Source of the DNA: a virus
Virus record (IMG/VR): IMGVR_UViG_3300025644_000310
Coordinates: 1-35,201 of that record
Strand: one strand, 5' to 3'
DNA: 35,201 bases
Below the pieces are notes generated by a model. It was not told where the DNA came from. It was given only the letters and a program-made list of their open reading frames with translations, and ran no database searches. Both the position numbers and the translations under genes were made by a program. Of the stretch, positions 20,256 through 28,799 are shown in pieces (positions within the stretch are counted from its first letter, which is position 1; each line of letters starts with the position of its first letter).

Positions 20256-20284
20256 AATATACGTAAAAAATAAGTTAAAGTCAA
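20256..20284 (-). promoter_or_regulatory. sigma70-like promoter TTGACT-N17-TATATT
   Basis: -35 at 20279-20284 (overlapping the thioredoxin stop), exact 17-nt spacer, -10 at 20256-20261, just upstream of the exonuclease ATG. Confidence 0.65.
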
Positions 20285-20526
20285 GACAATTTTGAAATGA
20301 CGGACTGTTTTGTATGCACTCCAACTAATCTATCCACCTCTTCACCGTTCTCTGATATGACGAGCGTTGGAACACTTTGTATTCTATTTGTTAGTGCCAA
20401 ATCTCGTTCAGTATCTATGTCGTGTAATGTTATGTTATATCCCTCACTCACAAGTTCCAATATGATTGGTTTGAAAGTTTTACAGGGACCACACCAGTTC
20501 GCCGTATAATAATCTGCAGTTTTCAT
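20281..20526 (-). CDS. Thioredoxin
   Basis: WCGPC active site, IQSVPT cis-Pro motif, RBS AGGAG. Confidence 0.93.
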   Translation of the reverse strand: MKTADYYTANWCGPCKTFKPIILELVSEGYNITLHDIDTERDLALTNRIQSVPTLVISENGEEVDRLVGVHTKQSVISKLS

Positions 20527-20536
20527 TTTATTTCTC

Positions 20537-20656
20537 CTAATCTATCCACTTACCGTGGTTTACTAAATGCCAAGTTCTATGTTTAATTATTTCTATCATC
20601 AATCCGATCCAAGAATCTGATTCATAGAGTCCAGTGTCACATTTATAACTATACAT
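20537..20656 (-). CDS. Small hypothetical protein (39 aa, not in ORF track)
   Basis: MYSYKCDTGLYESDSWIGLMIEIIKHRTWHLVNHGKWID; TAATG overlap with the upstream fragment; stop adjacent to the thioredoxin RBS. Confidence 0.55.
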   Translation of the reverse strand: MYSYKCDTGLYESDSWIGLMIEIIKHRTWHLVNHGKWID

Positions 20657-20730
20657 TATTTTCCCCAACTACCCCTACGAACTATCTCGGCAATAATTCC
20701 ATAAACTGAAATGTCCCTGAAGGTGTCCAT
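20656..20730 (-). pseudogene. Orphan 3' end of the DUF1599 gene (24 codons)
   Basis: MDTFRDISVYGIIAEIVRRGSWGK* aligns ungapped at 13/24 identity with the C-terminus EDTFIDIANYANIALVVSRKKWGK* of 21633..22055. Confidence 0.8.
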
Positions 20731-21519
20731 CTATTTCTTCTCAACTTTCCAGTTGTGACCATTTTTACCATAATAAAATAAACTATAGTAACTTACTTTT
20801 TCATTATTTTTCATAGTATACTCCATAATATACTGTTTAACTTCTTTTTTACCTAAAAATGTTTTAGTGTTGCCATTTGGAAATGTAACTATCCAATGTT
20901 TAGCATATAATTTTTTAAAATAAAGTTTAAGTTCGTCTGTATGATTTTTACCATAAAATGGATTTTTCTTTCCAGTGATATCAACAGTCTTATGCCATTC
21001 TACTTTAGATATGGACATTTTTAATTTGGATTCATCTGAATGTTTACGTCCTGTACTCGATATTCTAAGTTTTTCTTTGGTTTCATCTGAATGTTTCCAA
21101 CTGTTATTTTTGGTTCTAGTTGCAACCATTTTATCTAATGATTCCTTTGAGTGTGCATAACCATTATTTGATATTCGTGTATTCCTTATTTTATTAATGG
21201 TTTCAATTGACAATAATTTATTCATCCCACCTGTAGTTAAGTTATATCCATTACATTCTGGATCACCACGGAATGTGTGATATTCTTTAATGTATTTTTG
21301 TTCTAATAGATTTAACTCACCAATAGATTTTGCTGAATTATCTATAACTTTCCAACTAAAATTTTCGTTCCCATGTTTTCTAATTGATCTATGAAAATAG
21401 GTTGCTGGATCATTTCGTTATGCATGTAAATGTTCTGATATTCTTTGTGTTAATGGTTTAATTGTTTGACCAATATAACTTTTATTATTGACTTTGTTAG
21501 TAGCTTTGTAGATAATCAT
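20731..21519 (-). pseudogene. GIY-YIG homing endonuclease with NUMOD3-like repeats, one in-frame TAA at 21418-21420
   Basis: MIIYKATNKVNNKSYIGQT...RISEHLHA*RNDPATYFHRSIRKHG...LEQKYI...GYNLTTGG continues in frame into track ORF 20731..21225 (KHSDETKEK, KHSDESKLK, NPFYGKNH); RBS AGGAG. Confidence 0.88.
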
Positions 21520-21544
21520 TTTATTTCTCCTGTTCAGATTTATG

Positions 21545-21616
21545 TTATAGAACAAGTTATCCTTACTTAAACAGGTTTCAGGAAACACTCCGTCGAATGC
21601 TGTCCTTGTTCTATAA
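21545..21616 (-). ncRNA. Candidate structured RNA (three-way junction) upstream of the GIY-YIG RBS
   Basis: 12-bp perfect closing stem TTATAGAACAAG/CTTGTTCTATAA enclosing GCAUUC-GACG-GAGUGU and CCU...AGG hairpins. Confidence 0.5.
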
Positions 21617-21632
21617 TAACTATCAGGAAAAA

Positions 21633-22055
21633 CTATTTTCCCCATTTTTTTCTACTAACAACCAATGCTATATTAGCATAATTTGCAATGTCAATAAATG
21701 TATCTTCAACGTTTTCATCTACCGCACTTTTCTTATTTTTTAATACAAGATTTAATAATCTCTGTAATTTATCATTCAATCTAATTACTACTCCTGATAG
21801 TGCCATTTGTCTATCATCAGATTTATTTATATCACCACCCATTAAAATAGAATTTTTTCCATATGCTTGCTGTTTTTTGGCAAATAACTCATATTGTTCT
21901 TCTTGTATTTTACGAAACTCTTTCATCATTTCTGGATATTCTCGTTCCATTTTGTCTATGATGTTATTTGACTGTGGGTTCACTTCAATTGTATCTGGTG
22001 AACCATCGTTTCCGTAGATTACTCTTTTTTTATTATCTTTGATAAATTTAGTCAT
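21633..22055 (-). CDS. DUF1599 / nucleotide modification associated domain 1 protein
   Basis: KQQAYG, VIRLNDKLQRL, VEDTFIDIANY. Confidence 0.82.
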   Translation of the reverse strand: MTKFIKDNKKRVIYGNDGSPDTIEVNPQSNNIIDKMEREYPEMMKEFRKIQEEQYELFAKKQQAYGKNSILMGGDINKSDDRQMALSGVVIRLNDKLQRLLNLVLKNKKSAVDENVEDTFIDIANYANIALVVSRKKWGK

Positions 22056-22067
22056 AATTTATAACTC

Positions 22068-22616
22068 CTATTTTATAATGTCAACAATGCCGTATTCCAA
22101 TGCTTCGTCTGCCGTTAAATACACATCATTTTTAGATATTCTCGTCCAAAATTTATGGTCTTTATTTGTTACTTTACCGAGAATACGATTGATATTTGCT
22201 TGTAATTTTTTCAGGTGTTCTGCACCTTTTAGTACATCTGATGTTTTACCTGACTCAAATGCTGAACCCTCATGCACCATTATTGTTGAATTTATGCTCA
22301 TTGAACGAACTCCGGTTCCACATGCGAGGATGACTGCTGCTGCGGACATTGCTACTCCAAAACAATGAGTATTCACTTTTACTGGAAGTGATCTGAAATA
22401 ATCTATTGTTCCTAACATCGCATAAACATCTCCACCATAAGACGAGACTACCAAGTTTATATCTTCACCTTTATTGTATTTAACTAACTGGTCAAATCTG
22501 GTCATTGTTGAATATAAACTATCTGCATCTATGTCGTATGTGAGATACATAGTATTAGTATGTATGTCTACTCCCCACTCCAAATTTTTATAAAATACTT
22601 CTTTACTTTCGTGCAT
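22068..22616 (-). CDS. clpP: ClpP-like protease
   Basis: SSYGGDV, GVAMSAAAVIL (Ser), IMVHE (His), NDVYLTADEALEYGIVD (Asp). Confidence 0.9.
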   Translation of the reverse strand: MHESKEVFYKNLEWGVDIHTNTMYLTYDIDADSLYSTMTRFDQLVKYNKGEDINLVVSSYGGDVYAMLGTIDYFRSLPVKVNTHCFGVAMSAAAVILACGTGVRSMSINSTIMVHEGSAFESGKTSDVLKGAEHLKKLQANINRILGKVTNKDHKFWTRISKNDVYLTADEALEYGIVDIIK

Positions 22617-22618
22617 TT

Positions 22619-23296
22619 TTACTCCTCTATTATTATAAATTTACATCCCAGATGATCAACTATTTCTTGCTTTCTTCTTTCATCTCGTTCTTTTTGATAT
22701 TTGTGATGTTTTTCATAGTATTCTATCACTACATTCCGTTCTTTGTCATAGCCATCTACAAAATATCCAATCACTTGAACTTCACCGCCGTTTTCTGCGT
22801 GTTGGAAGTTGTAACTATTTTCTTTTCCGTATCGTTCTATTATCGAAATTGATTTTACATTATACATTGGAGCTCCAGTTGGGAAATCAGGATGATATTT
22901 TTTTAATTTATTTATCATATTTACTCTGTGTTTTTTTCTTGTAGTATCTTTACAATTTACTCCAGCTCTATTTTTATTTGATTTAATAACAACATTAATT
23001 ACAGATGTGGTGTGAGTTTTTCCATAAAACGGGTTTCTATCACCAATTACTGAACACGCCCTTCAATATACTGACCTAATGTGTATCAACTTCTCACAAT
23101 TCAAACATTTTTTATTTTTTCCATCACCTACCATCAATCCATGTTTATAATTTCCATTATTTTCACCTTTATGAGTGCAACTCCTACACTTAAACCCCAG
23201 TGATTCAGCTCGAATCATTATATCATTCCGTTTATAAGTAATCACCTTTTCGCAAGTCGGACAATTTCTTTTGAAACTCCCTAATTTTTTCTTCAT
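22619..23296 (-). pseudogene. Vsr-like (EDxHD-type) homing endonuclease with Zn fingers, one in-frame TGA at 23063-23065
   Basis: Track ORFs 23063..23296 and 22619..22918 are one frame: CLNCEKLIHIRSVY*RACSVIGDRNPFYGKTH...FQHAENGGE...YFVDGYDKERNVVIEYYEKHH. Confidence 0.85.
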
Positions 23297-23417
23297 AATA
23301 TTTCTCCATTTTTTCTTTATTTATTTCATCTTTATTTCGATGATAATAATCTAAAGACCACTTACGTTGAGCTTGTTTCTTTTCATCTACCGTAATATGT
23401 TTCTTTATTCTTCCCAC
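23232..23417 (-). CDS. Small basic helical protein preceding the endonuclease
   Basis: MGRIKKHIT...; RBS AGGAG; ATATTTAT motif at 23433-23440; overlaps the endonuclease start. Confidence 0.65.
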   Translation of the reverse strand: MGRIKKHITVDEKKQAQRKWSLDYYHRNKDEINKEKMEKYYEEKIREFQKKLSDLRKGDYL

Positions 23418-23474
23418 TTATCATCTCCTATAATAAATATAACTAAAGTAAAAAAATGAAGTTATTTTATTCAT

Positions 23475-24554
23475 TTATTTTTGAAAAATTAGGCAAGGCT
23501 CCAGTTTCATACCTTTCCCCATAACTGATGAAAGAGTTAATTGTATTGTATCTACGTGAGTGAAGCCGACCCTTTCCGCAACTTTAATTGTACTTCCCAC
23601 TATTGTTTTATGTTTTGATGTATTTGCTATATTAATAATCATATACTTCTCATCCTTTAATCCGTAATAACCATTTTCAAATGATTGAAATAAAAATTCA
23701 TTTACCCAGCTGTCTAATGTAGGAAATTTTATATAACTTTGTGTTGGTTCATCACTATATTTCTCAGTGTCGAAATATGGTGGTGATGTAAAAACTAAAT
23801 CTAATATATCAGGATCTGTTCTGTATGTTTCTGACCCACACTTATATATATCAACTTTTTTCCCTAAATACGAAAAATCTTTTTTCATTTCTAATAGACC
23901 TTCGTATGCTCTGGTGGATGGTTCAGTACCAATATAATGTTTGGTATTTGATGATGCTAAGAACCCCAATAGTCTGCCGCCCCATCCAGAGCTAAAATCC
24001 CTAATGACTTCTCCACCGTATTTTTCATAAATCATCTTTGCAGCTGTTGGTCTAAAATTAGATACTGATTGTGTACCTGTATAAATTTTTATTGACTGAC
24101 GTAATCTGTTTTCGTGAAACTTATTATGGGTCCGTATTCCCTCACCACTCCAATGTTTTATTTGCCAGGTCCAACACTTTTTGATTGTTGCCTTGAACTT
24201 CTTATCATCATTGAAAGTTTCCATTGGGGATTTCATAGAGTTCCCACATTGAATTTCCCAAAAATATGGGAAGTAGGACCAGGCTAACCGTAGAGCATGC
24301 ATAGTCTGGATGATTTTCTTGTCCTCAAATATAGTGGTTGTGTCGAATTTACGCAGTTTTCTCATATGAGAATGCTTCTCATCTTCTCGTATTTTGTAGT
24401 GAGGGAAACCGTGTTTTCTATAATACTTGAAAATGACTTCTACGCCGTAATCAATATCTACTGTATCTATATTATTTGTAACTCTCTCAAACTCTAAATC
24501 ATCTTCATCAAACTCGAAAAAATTACCGAGTGTTGAGTAATTTGTTCGGCTCAC
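23475..24554 (-). CDS. DNA amino-methyltransferase (N4C/N6A type)
   Basis: Motif I DFSSGWGG precedes motif IV FTSPPY; SNFRP. Confidence 0.85.
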   Translation of the reverse strand: MSRTNYSTLGNFFEFDEDDLEFERVTNNIDTVDIDYGVEVIFKYYRKHGFPHYKIREDEKHSHMRKLRKFDTTTIFEDKKIIQTMHALRLAWSYFPYFWEIQCGNSMKSPMETFNDDKKFKATIKKCWTWQIKHWSGEGIRTHNKFHENRLRQSIKIYTGTQSVSNFRPTAAKMIYEKYGGEVIRDFSSGWGGRLLGFLASSNTKHYIGTEPSTRAYEGLLEMKKDFSYLGKKVDIYKCGSETYRTDPDILDLVFTSPPYFDTEKYSDEPTQSYIKFPTLDSWVNEFLFQSFENGYYGLKDEKYMIINIANTSKHKTIVGSTIKVAERVGFTHVDTIQLTLSSVMGKGMKLEPCLIFQK

Positions 24555-24994
24555 GGTAGGTTCAGTTTTTTCAGTTCTTTTGTATCCGCTCCGTATTTCT
24601 GGAGAATAGTTTTGAGATTTGCCTTGTTCTGTTCGGTTGCATAGAATACTTCTAAATATTCGTGTGCTTCTTTAAGACTTGATTCATAGTACTTTGCTAC
24701 TATTTCTAATAACCATTTTGGATGTTTCATACTCTTTTTACCTTTTGTGTATTTCAACCATTGCTTACCCTTTGGTAATATATTGGTATATAACTTGTAT
24801 AACTCTTGTGGTCTTAAATTATATTTTTGGAACTCATTTACTATATCTACCCATTCCATTTTCATAGATAGGAAGCGATGTACCATATAATTAGACCAAT
24901 TTTTCTTTTCTTTATCATTGAGCGTATCCCAATAACCTTTTGTTTGTTTTCCTGTTATATGATTTATGTGGTCAAACAGTGTTTTTGTTTTCAT
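24551..24994 (-). CDS. Clamp loader small subunit, T4 gp62-like
   Basis: WSNYMVHRFLSM...VNEFQKY...LYKLYTNILPKGKQWLKY pattern; context of a gp44-like gene. Confidence 0.75.
   Translation of the reverse strand: MKTKTLFDHINHITGKQTKGYWDTLNDKEKKNWSNYMVHRFLSMKMEWVDIVNEFQKYNLRPQELYKLYTNILPKGKQWLKYTKGKKSMKHPKWLLEIVAKYYESSLKEAHEYLEVFYATEQNKANLKTILQKYGADTKELKKLNLP
24851..24991. repeat. Direct repeat copy A (141 bp)
   Basis: Matches 30852-30992 at offset 6001; 24894-24991 (98 bp) identical; 8 mismatches in the other 43 bp. Confidence 0.95.
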
Positions 24995-25054
24995 ATATAT
25001 AACTATTAATGTTTTATCTTAAAATTTAATTTATTTTATCACTATATTATATTT

Positions 25055-25843
25055 TCAAATAAAGTTTTCATTGTTTCCTTTTAACAACCATTCTTCATCT
25101 TCTAACCTTTTCTTTCCTCTACTAATAAGTAGTTGTAATTCTTCACTGGATAGATTATTTTTTTCTAATGTACCACCAAGTTTTTTCATCAGAATCTTCA
25201 AAAATTCATCATTAAATTTTGTGGTATCAATAGTTGAATCAACTTCCCATAGACCACCAACCACATCACTAACATCTCCACCATCAGGTTCAAATGATGG
25301 TGTTTTAAGTACATTATTAATATCCAATTCTTTAACTTTAGTTGCTAATTTAGAATCAAACTGATAAGTTATAGTTCCAACAGTTACATGACAATTATTT
25401 ATAACCTCATAACTACAACCGAAGAATTTTTTTTGTTTATTCCTTATTTTAAAAAATATATCATTACGACCATTCCAGAAAGTTTCAATTCCAAATTTAA
25501 AACAACATTCTCGTACCGCTTGTAAGAATAATGGTTTTACATCACGAGAAAAATATAAAATAAAATTAAAACAATTAGGACCTTCTATCCAATATGCCAG
25601 TTTATCATCATCTATGTTATCTGGATCTTCGTAAACTCTTACTATCGGATATTCTATTTCTCCATTAAAAAATGATGAAATATCTAATTCACTATTTCCA
25701 AAAAAAGCTACAATATGTTTTTTTGATGAAAATTTTATAACTGTAGGACAATTTGTATCAATTAAATTTCCATACTCCCAAACTGAACTATATATGTCGG
25801 GAGTAAGACTTCCTAAATTTAAATATTTAATCTCATTGGTCAT
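25055..25843 (-). CDS. Lipoate-protein ligase A-like (BPL/LplA/LipB fold), divergent
   Basis: WNGRNDIF...KKFFGCSY...GTITY resembles RND...KKISG; Gly-rich RRxxGGG motif absent. Confidence 0.65.
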   Translation of the reverse strand: MTNEIKYLNLGSLTPDIYSSVWEYGNLIDTNCPTVIKFSSKKHIVAFFGNSELDISSFFNGEIEYPIVRVYEDPDNIDDDKLAYWIEGPNCFNFILYFSRDVKPLFLQAVRECCFKFGIETFWNGRNDIFFKIRNKQKKFFGCSYEVINNCHVTVGTITYQFDSKLATKVKELDINNVLKTPSFEPDGGDVSDVVGGLWEVDSTIDTTKFNDEFLKILMKKLGGTLEKNNLSSEELQLLISRGKKRLEDEEWLLKGNNENFI

Positions 25844-26744
25844 ACGCGGTCTGTTTTTCTTTATAAATCAAGAAGATACCACCTGAAAGTAATCCCAAAC
25901 CTAATAGTTGATATACTGATGGTGCCGTGTCTAAAAAGAAATAGGCGATTATTACTGCAAAGAATGAACCAAAACAAAGTTCACCAACTCCTGCGTTACT
26001 GGCTCCAATGTATTTAATTGCTGTCCAATAACATAAGTATGCAATATAACTGGCCACTATAGCAATATAGAGAATTGCCAATAGATTATGAGTGGTTAGT
26101 TGTGAAATTGTAGTTGCTGGTGATTGTAATAATGAAGTATAAACAAACACTTGTAGAAAATCGTAGAACACGATAGTAAGTGGTTTATATTTCTTCATTA
26201 TAGATTGTCCTACTAACAAATATCCAACCCATGCTGCAACTGCCACTACACATAACAATACACCAGATGTAGTCAATGCTTCAGTTGAAAATGTGGGTAG
26301 AAATTCAATTGCAAACAATGAACCAACCGTACCCAACCCTACTGCTATTTTTCTCTTAGTACTGAACTTCTCTCCATACAAATACACGGCAACAAGTGCC
26401 AGTACAAATGGATAAAAGTAAAAGATACCATAGATAACTGGAATATTAGGATCCAGATATTCCCAACCGAACCAATATGTAATCAAATGGACGGCAAGAA
26501 ATGCACCATTGGTCAAAAATCGTTTTATATCTTGTTTTTCCACAAGAAACAGATTTTCACCAGTTCTATATTTTTGAAATAAGATGGTTACACCAAACAA
26601 AATAGTTGCTATCAAGAACCTTGTAGATAACAAAGTAACTGGACCTGCACCCTCTGCAAAGATATAACTACCTGTAACCTCAAGACTTGACCATGCAAGA
26701 ATTGAACCGAATAATATCATTATTCCTTTTGTAAAATTATTCAT
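25833..26744 (-). CDS. EamA/DMT-family transporter
   Basis: About ten hydrophobic segments in two repeats; YLYGEKFSTKRK, AIKYIGAS, QLLGLGLLSGGIFL. Confidence 0.9.
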   Translation of the reverse strand: MNNFTKGIMILFGSILAWSSLEVTGSYIFAEGAGPVTLLSTRFLIATILFGVTILFQKYRTGENLFLVEKQDIKRFLTNGAFLAVHLITYWFGWEYLDPNIPVIYGIFYFYPFVLALVAVYLYGEKFSTKRKIAVGLGTVGSLFAIEFLPTFSTEALTTSGVLLCVVAVAAWVGYLLVGQSIMKKYKPLTIVFYDFLQVFVYTSLLQSPATTISQLTTHNLLAILYIAIVASYIAYLCYWTAIKYIGASNAGVGELCFGSFFAVIIAYFFLDTAPSVYQLLGLGLLSGGIFLIYKEKQTAYDQ

Positions 26745-27588
26745 TTTTACTATCTCCTAACTTTAGAATACCGAGGTCGGCATTTATTTTAAAAGTGATA
26801 TCACCTTCACCACTAAACTCTGCGGATAAAAAACTACCAGGATACTCTCCATCAAAAGTCCACATAACCCCATAAAGTGGTTTTGCATCTTTATTAGGAA
26901 AACTCTCATATCCCGCAAGTAAATTTAACCCATAAAGTCCAGGTTTAATAACTGCTCGAGCGAAATAATACTCATCACTCAAACTATACTCAGCGATATA
27001 TTCTATCTTATCATTTAATCCACTAACATCAATGGATTGTCTTTCTTGATTATCAACTGAAAGTGCTACGAATTGATTTGCTACTTCATATGATACACGA
27101 GCAGAAGCGTAATCACTCCAAATGTGATTTATATCATCACCGAAATAAGTTTCAAGATAACCTTTTTCACCAAGTGCACCATAGACACTAACTCCCCTAC
27201 CGAGAACCAACTCACCAACATCCCAACTCGTTTGATAAGTAAACATATCTCGTCTTGTCAAATCAAGATATGGTAAATTAGAACCATATGGTATTAACTG
27301 CTGTCCAAATCCAATATTAAATTTACCACCATTGGCTACACTATACGGTTTATAAAATAATTCTTCAACATATATTTTTTCATCGTTCCACGTAGGACCA
27401 AAGAAAAATGTTGCGAACCATTTTGAGTCATCACTTTTTACATACGAAAAAAGTATTGGTTTACTAAACGATACAGAGTCTCCAACTTCAACATATCCAA
27501 TAACCGAATTTTTGACCGTGATTGATGATTGGGCTGATAATACTGAAACCATTCCAAGTATCATCAATAACCTTACTATTTTATTCAT
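26737..27588 (-). CDS. Secreted/outer-membrane beta-rich protein (porin O/P-like)
   Basis: Signal peptide ending VLSA-Q; GFGQQLIPYG resembles GQFKxPFG; alternating aromatic strands. Confidence 0.55.
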   Translation of the reverse strand: MNKIVRLLMILGMVSVLSAQSSITVKNSVIGYVEVGDSVSFSKPILFSYVKSDDSKWFATFFFGPTWNDEKIYVEELFYKPYSVANGGKFNIGFGQQLIPYGSNLPYLDLTRRDMFTYQTSWDVGELVLGRGVSVYGALGEKGYLETYFGDDINHIWSDYASARVSYEVANQFVALSVDNQERQSIDVSGLNDKIEYIAEYSLSDEYYFARAVIKPGLYGLNLLAGYESFPNKDAKPLYGVMWTFDGEYPGSFLSAEFSGEGDITFKINADLGILKLGDSKNE

Positions 27589-27619
27589 TATAACTTCTCC
27601 TTATTATTATATATATATA

Positions 27620-28771
27620 TCATATTTCATATCCAAATTCCAACATTTCTTTGTAAAACTTTTTTTCAATTCTCTTTCGTTGTTTTTTAGTGAGAATGTC
27701 TTTCCAATTTTGGTGTTTAAAATATTCTTTACTCATTGGGTAACTGGCCTCTTTATTCAGTTTTACCATCTTACTAAATGATGTACTTTCAATACACTTT
27801 TTAATTTTATCTTCATCATATGTACCACATCCCACATCATCAGTTAAAAATTTAATAATTTTAGAAAAATATTTAAAACTATCTTGTAATAAATCTTCAT
27901 ATCTAACAACTATTCCAGGATAACCATCCTTTTCTCCGTGTTCTTTCCAAGACATATAATTGTTATACCAATTTAATCTAAATTCTGGAAAATCATCTTT
28001 TTCAGATATATTCATACCATCAGTTGTTATATGGTCTATAGCATTATCAATACTAACTTCCATATATCTGGAATAAGAAATAACCACATCTCTTGGATCC
28101 CTAATTATATTAATATAACCAGCAGCCTTTGTGGCATCTATAAATAAATTACCATTAAGAGTGCCATTCTTATTATGAGTTGTAAGAAACTCAAAATTTA
28201 AATCAGGATCACCATGAGTCCACTCCATTTGTTGCTGGGCTCGTTGCCAATATTCTACAATTCTTTCTTTTTTTTCATCAATCTTTGATTTATATTTTCC
28301 GAAAAAGGTATCACACAAAAAATGTGGTGTTTTATCTATCAACATTTTTAAATAAAACTCTCCATCTTCTGTAAAATAATAAGCTCCTAAAAAACTTCTC
28401 ACCCAAGCAGTCCCACTCCGAGGATAAGTTGTAATCCATATAATTTTATTATTATTTATTGGCCTTTTTTTAAAATCAGGCTGAAGATTTACTACTGTTT
28501 TTTGTTTCCACAATCCATGTTTTTTCAATGATTCAATAATTAAAAATGAATTTTTAGCATCGAATCCAATAAAAAAATCATCTCCTATTTCTACTATTGG
28601 AACAGCAAATGAATGAGTTTTTTTAAACATTCTTCGTCTTTCTTCTCTATTCGTAACTACATCAATTTCTTCATATTCCAAAGATTGATTAGAAAGTAAT
28701 TGTTTAACCATATTGCAACCGGGACAATTTTTTATTTTTGATGATGTAAATAACTTTATTTTTGTAACCAT
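27620..28771 (-). CDS. Glutaredoxin-sulfotransferase fusion
   Basis: Start re-assigned to ATG 28771 (AAGGA RBS); CPGC and AVPIVEIGDDFFIGFD Grx domain; TYPRSGT and IIRDPRDVVISY PAPS-binding motifs. Confidence 0.88.
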   Translation of the reverse strand: MVTKIKLFTSSKIKNCPGCNMVKQLLSNQSLEYEEIDVVTNREERRRMFKKTHSFAVPIVEIGDDFFIGFDAKNSFLIIESLKKHGLWKQKTVVNLQPDFKKRPINNNKIIWITTYPRSGTAWVRSFLGAYYFTEDGEFYLKMLIDKTPHFLCDTFFGKYKSKIDEKKERIVEYWQRAQQQMEWTHGDPDLNFEFLTTHNKNGTLNGNLFIDATKAAGYINIIRDPRDVVISYSRYMEVSIDNAIDHITTDGMNISEKDDFPEFRLNWYNNYMSWKEHGEKDGYPGIVVRYEDLLQDSFKYFSKIIKFLTDDVGCGTYDEDKIKKCIESTSFSKMVKLNKEASYPMSKEYFKHQNWKDILTKKQRKRIEKKFYKEMLEFGYEI

Positions 28772-28799
28772 TTTTTCCTTATAAATTAGTTTACGGAAA

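Noticed and set aside
21545-21616. Hammerhead or known riboswitch
   Set aside because: No CUGANGA core; only superficial resemblance to known aptamers, so kept as an unassigned structure
21520-21645. N-terminal extension of track ORF 21418..21645
   Set aside because: Overlaps the DUF1599 end and the RNA structure; the real start is ATG 21519 with AGGAG
20731-21707. Group I intron around the GIY-YIG (U before and G at the putative ends)
   Set aside because: Only ~110 nt non-coding, the ORF runs to the putative 3' junction, and no P7 or catalytic core is recognisable
3233-23065. Genome-wide stop-codon reassignment to explain the in-frame stops
   Set aside because: TGA, TAA and TAG all end genes at tight overlaps (TGA 3233 and 10055, TAG 1847, TAA 1162), and the internal stops are of two different types
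23063-23065. Selenocysteine at the UxxC-like TGA
   Set aside because: Structural Zn finger of an endonuclease, no convincing SECIS hairpin downstream, and a single transversion explains it
27608-27620. (TA)n microsatellite as a phase-variation tract
   Set aside because: Short, in very AT-rich DNA, and better explained as a variant of the promoter-like motif
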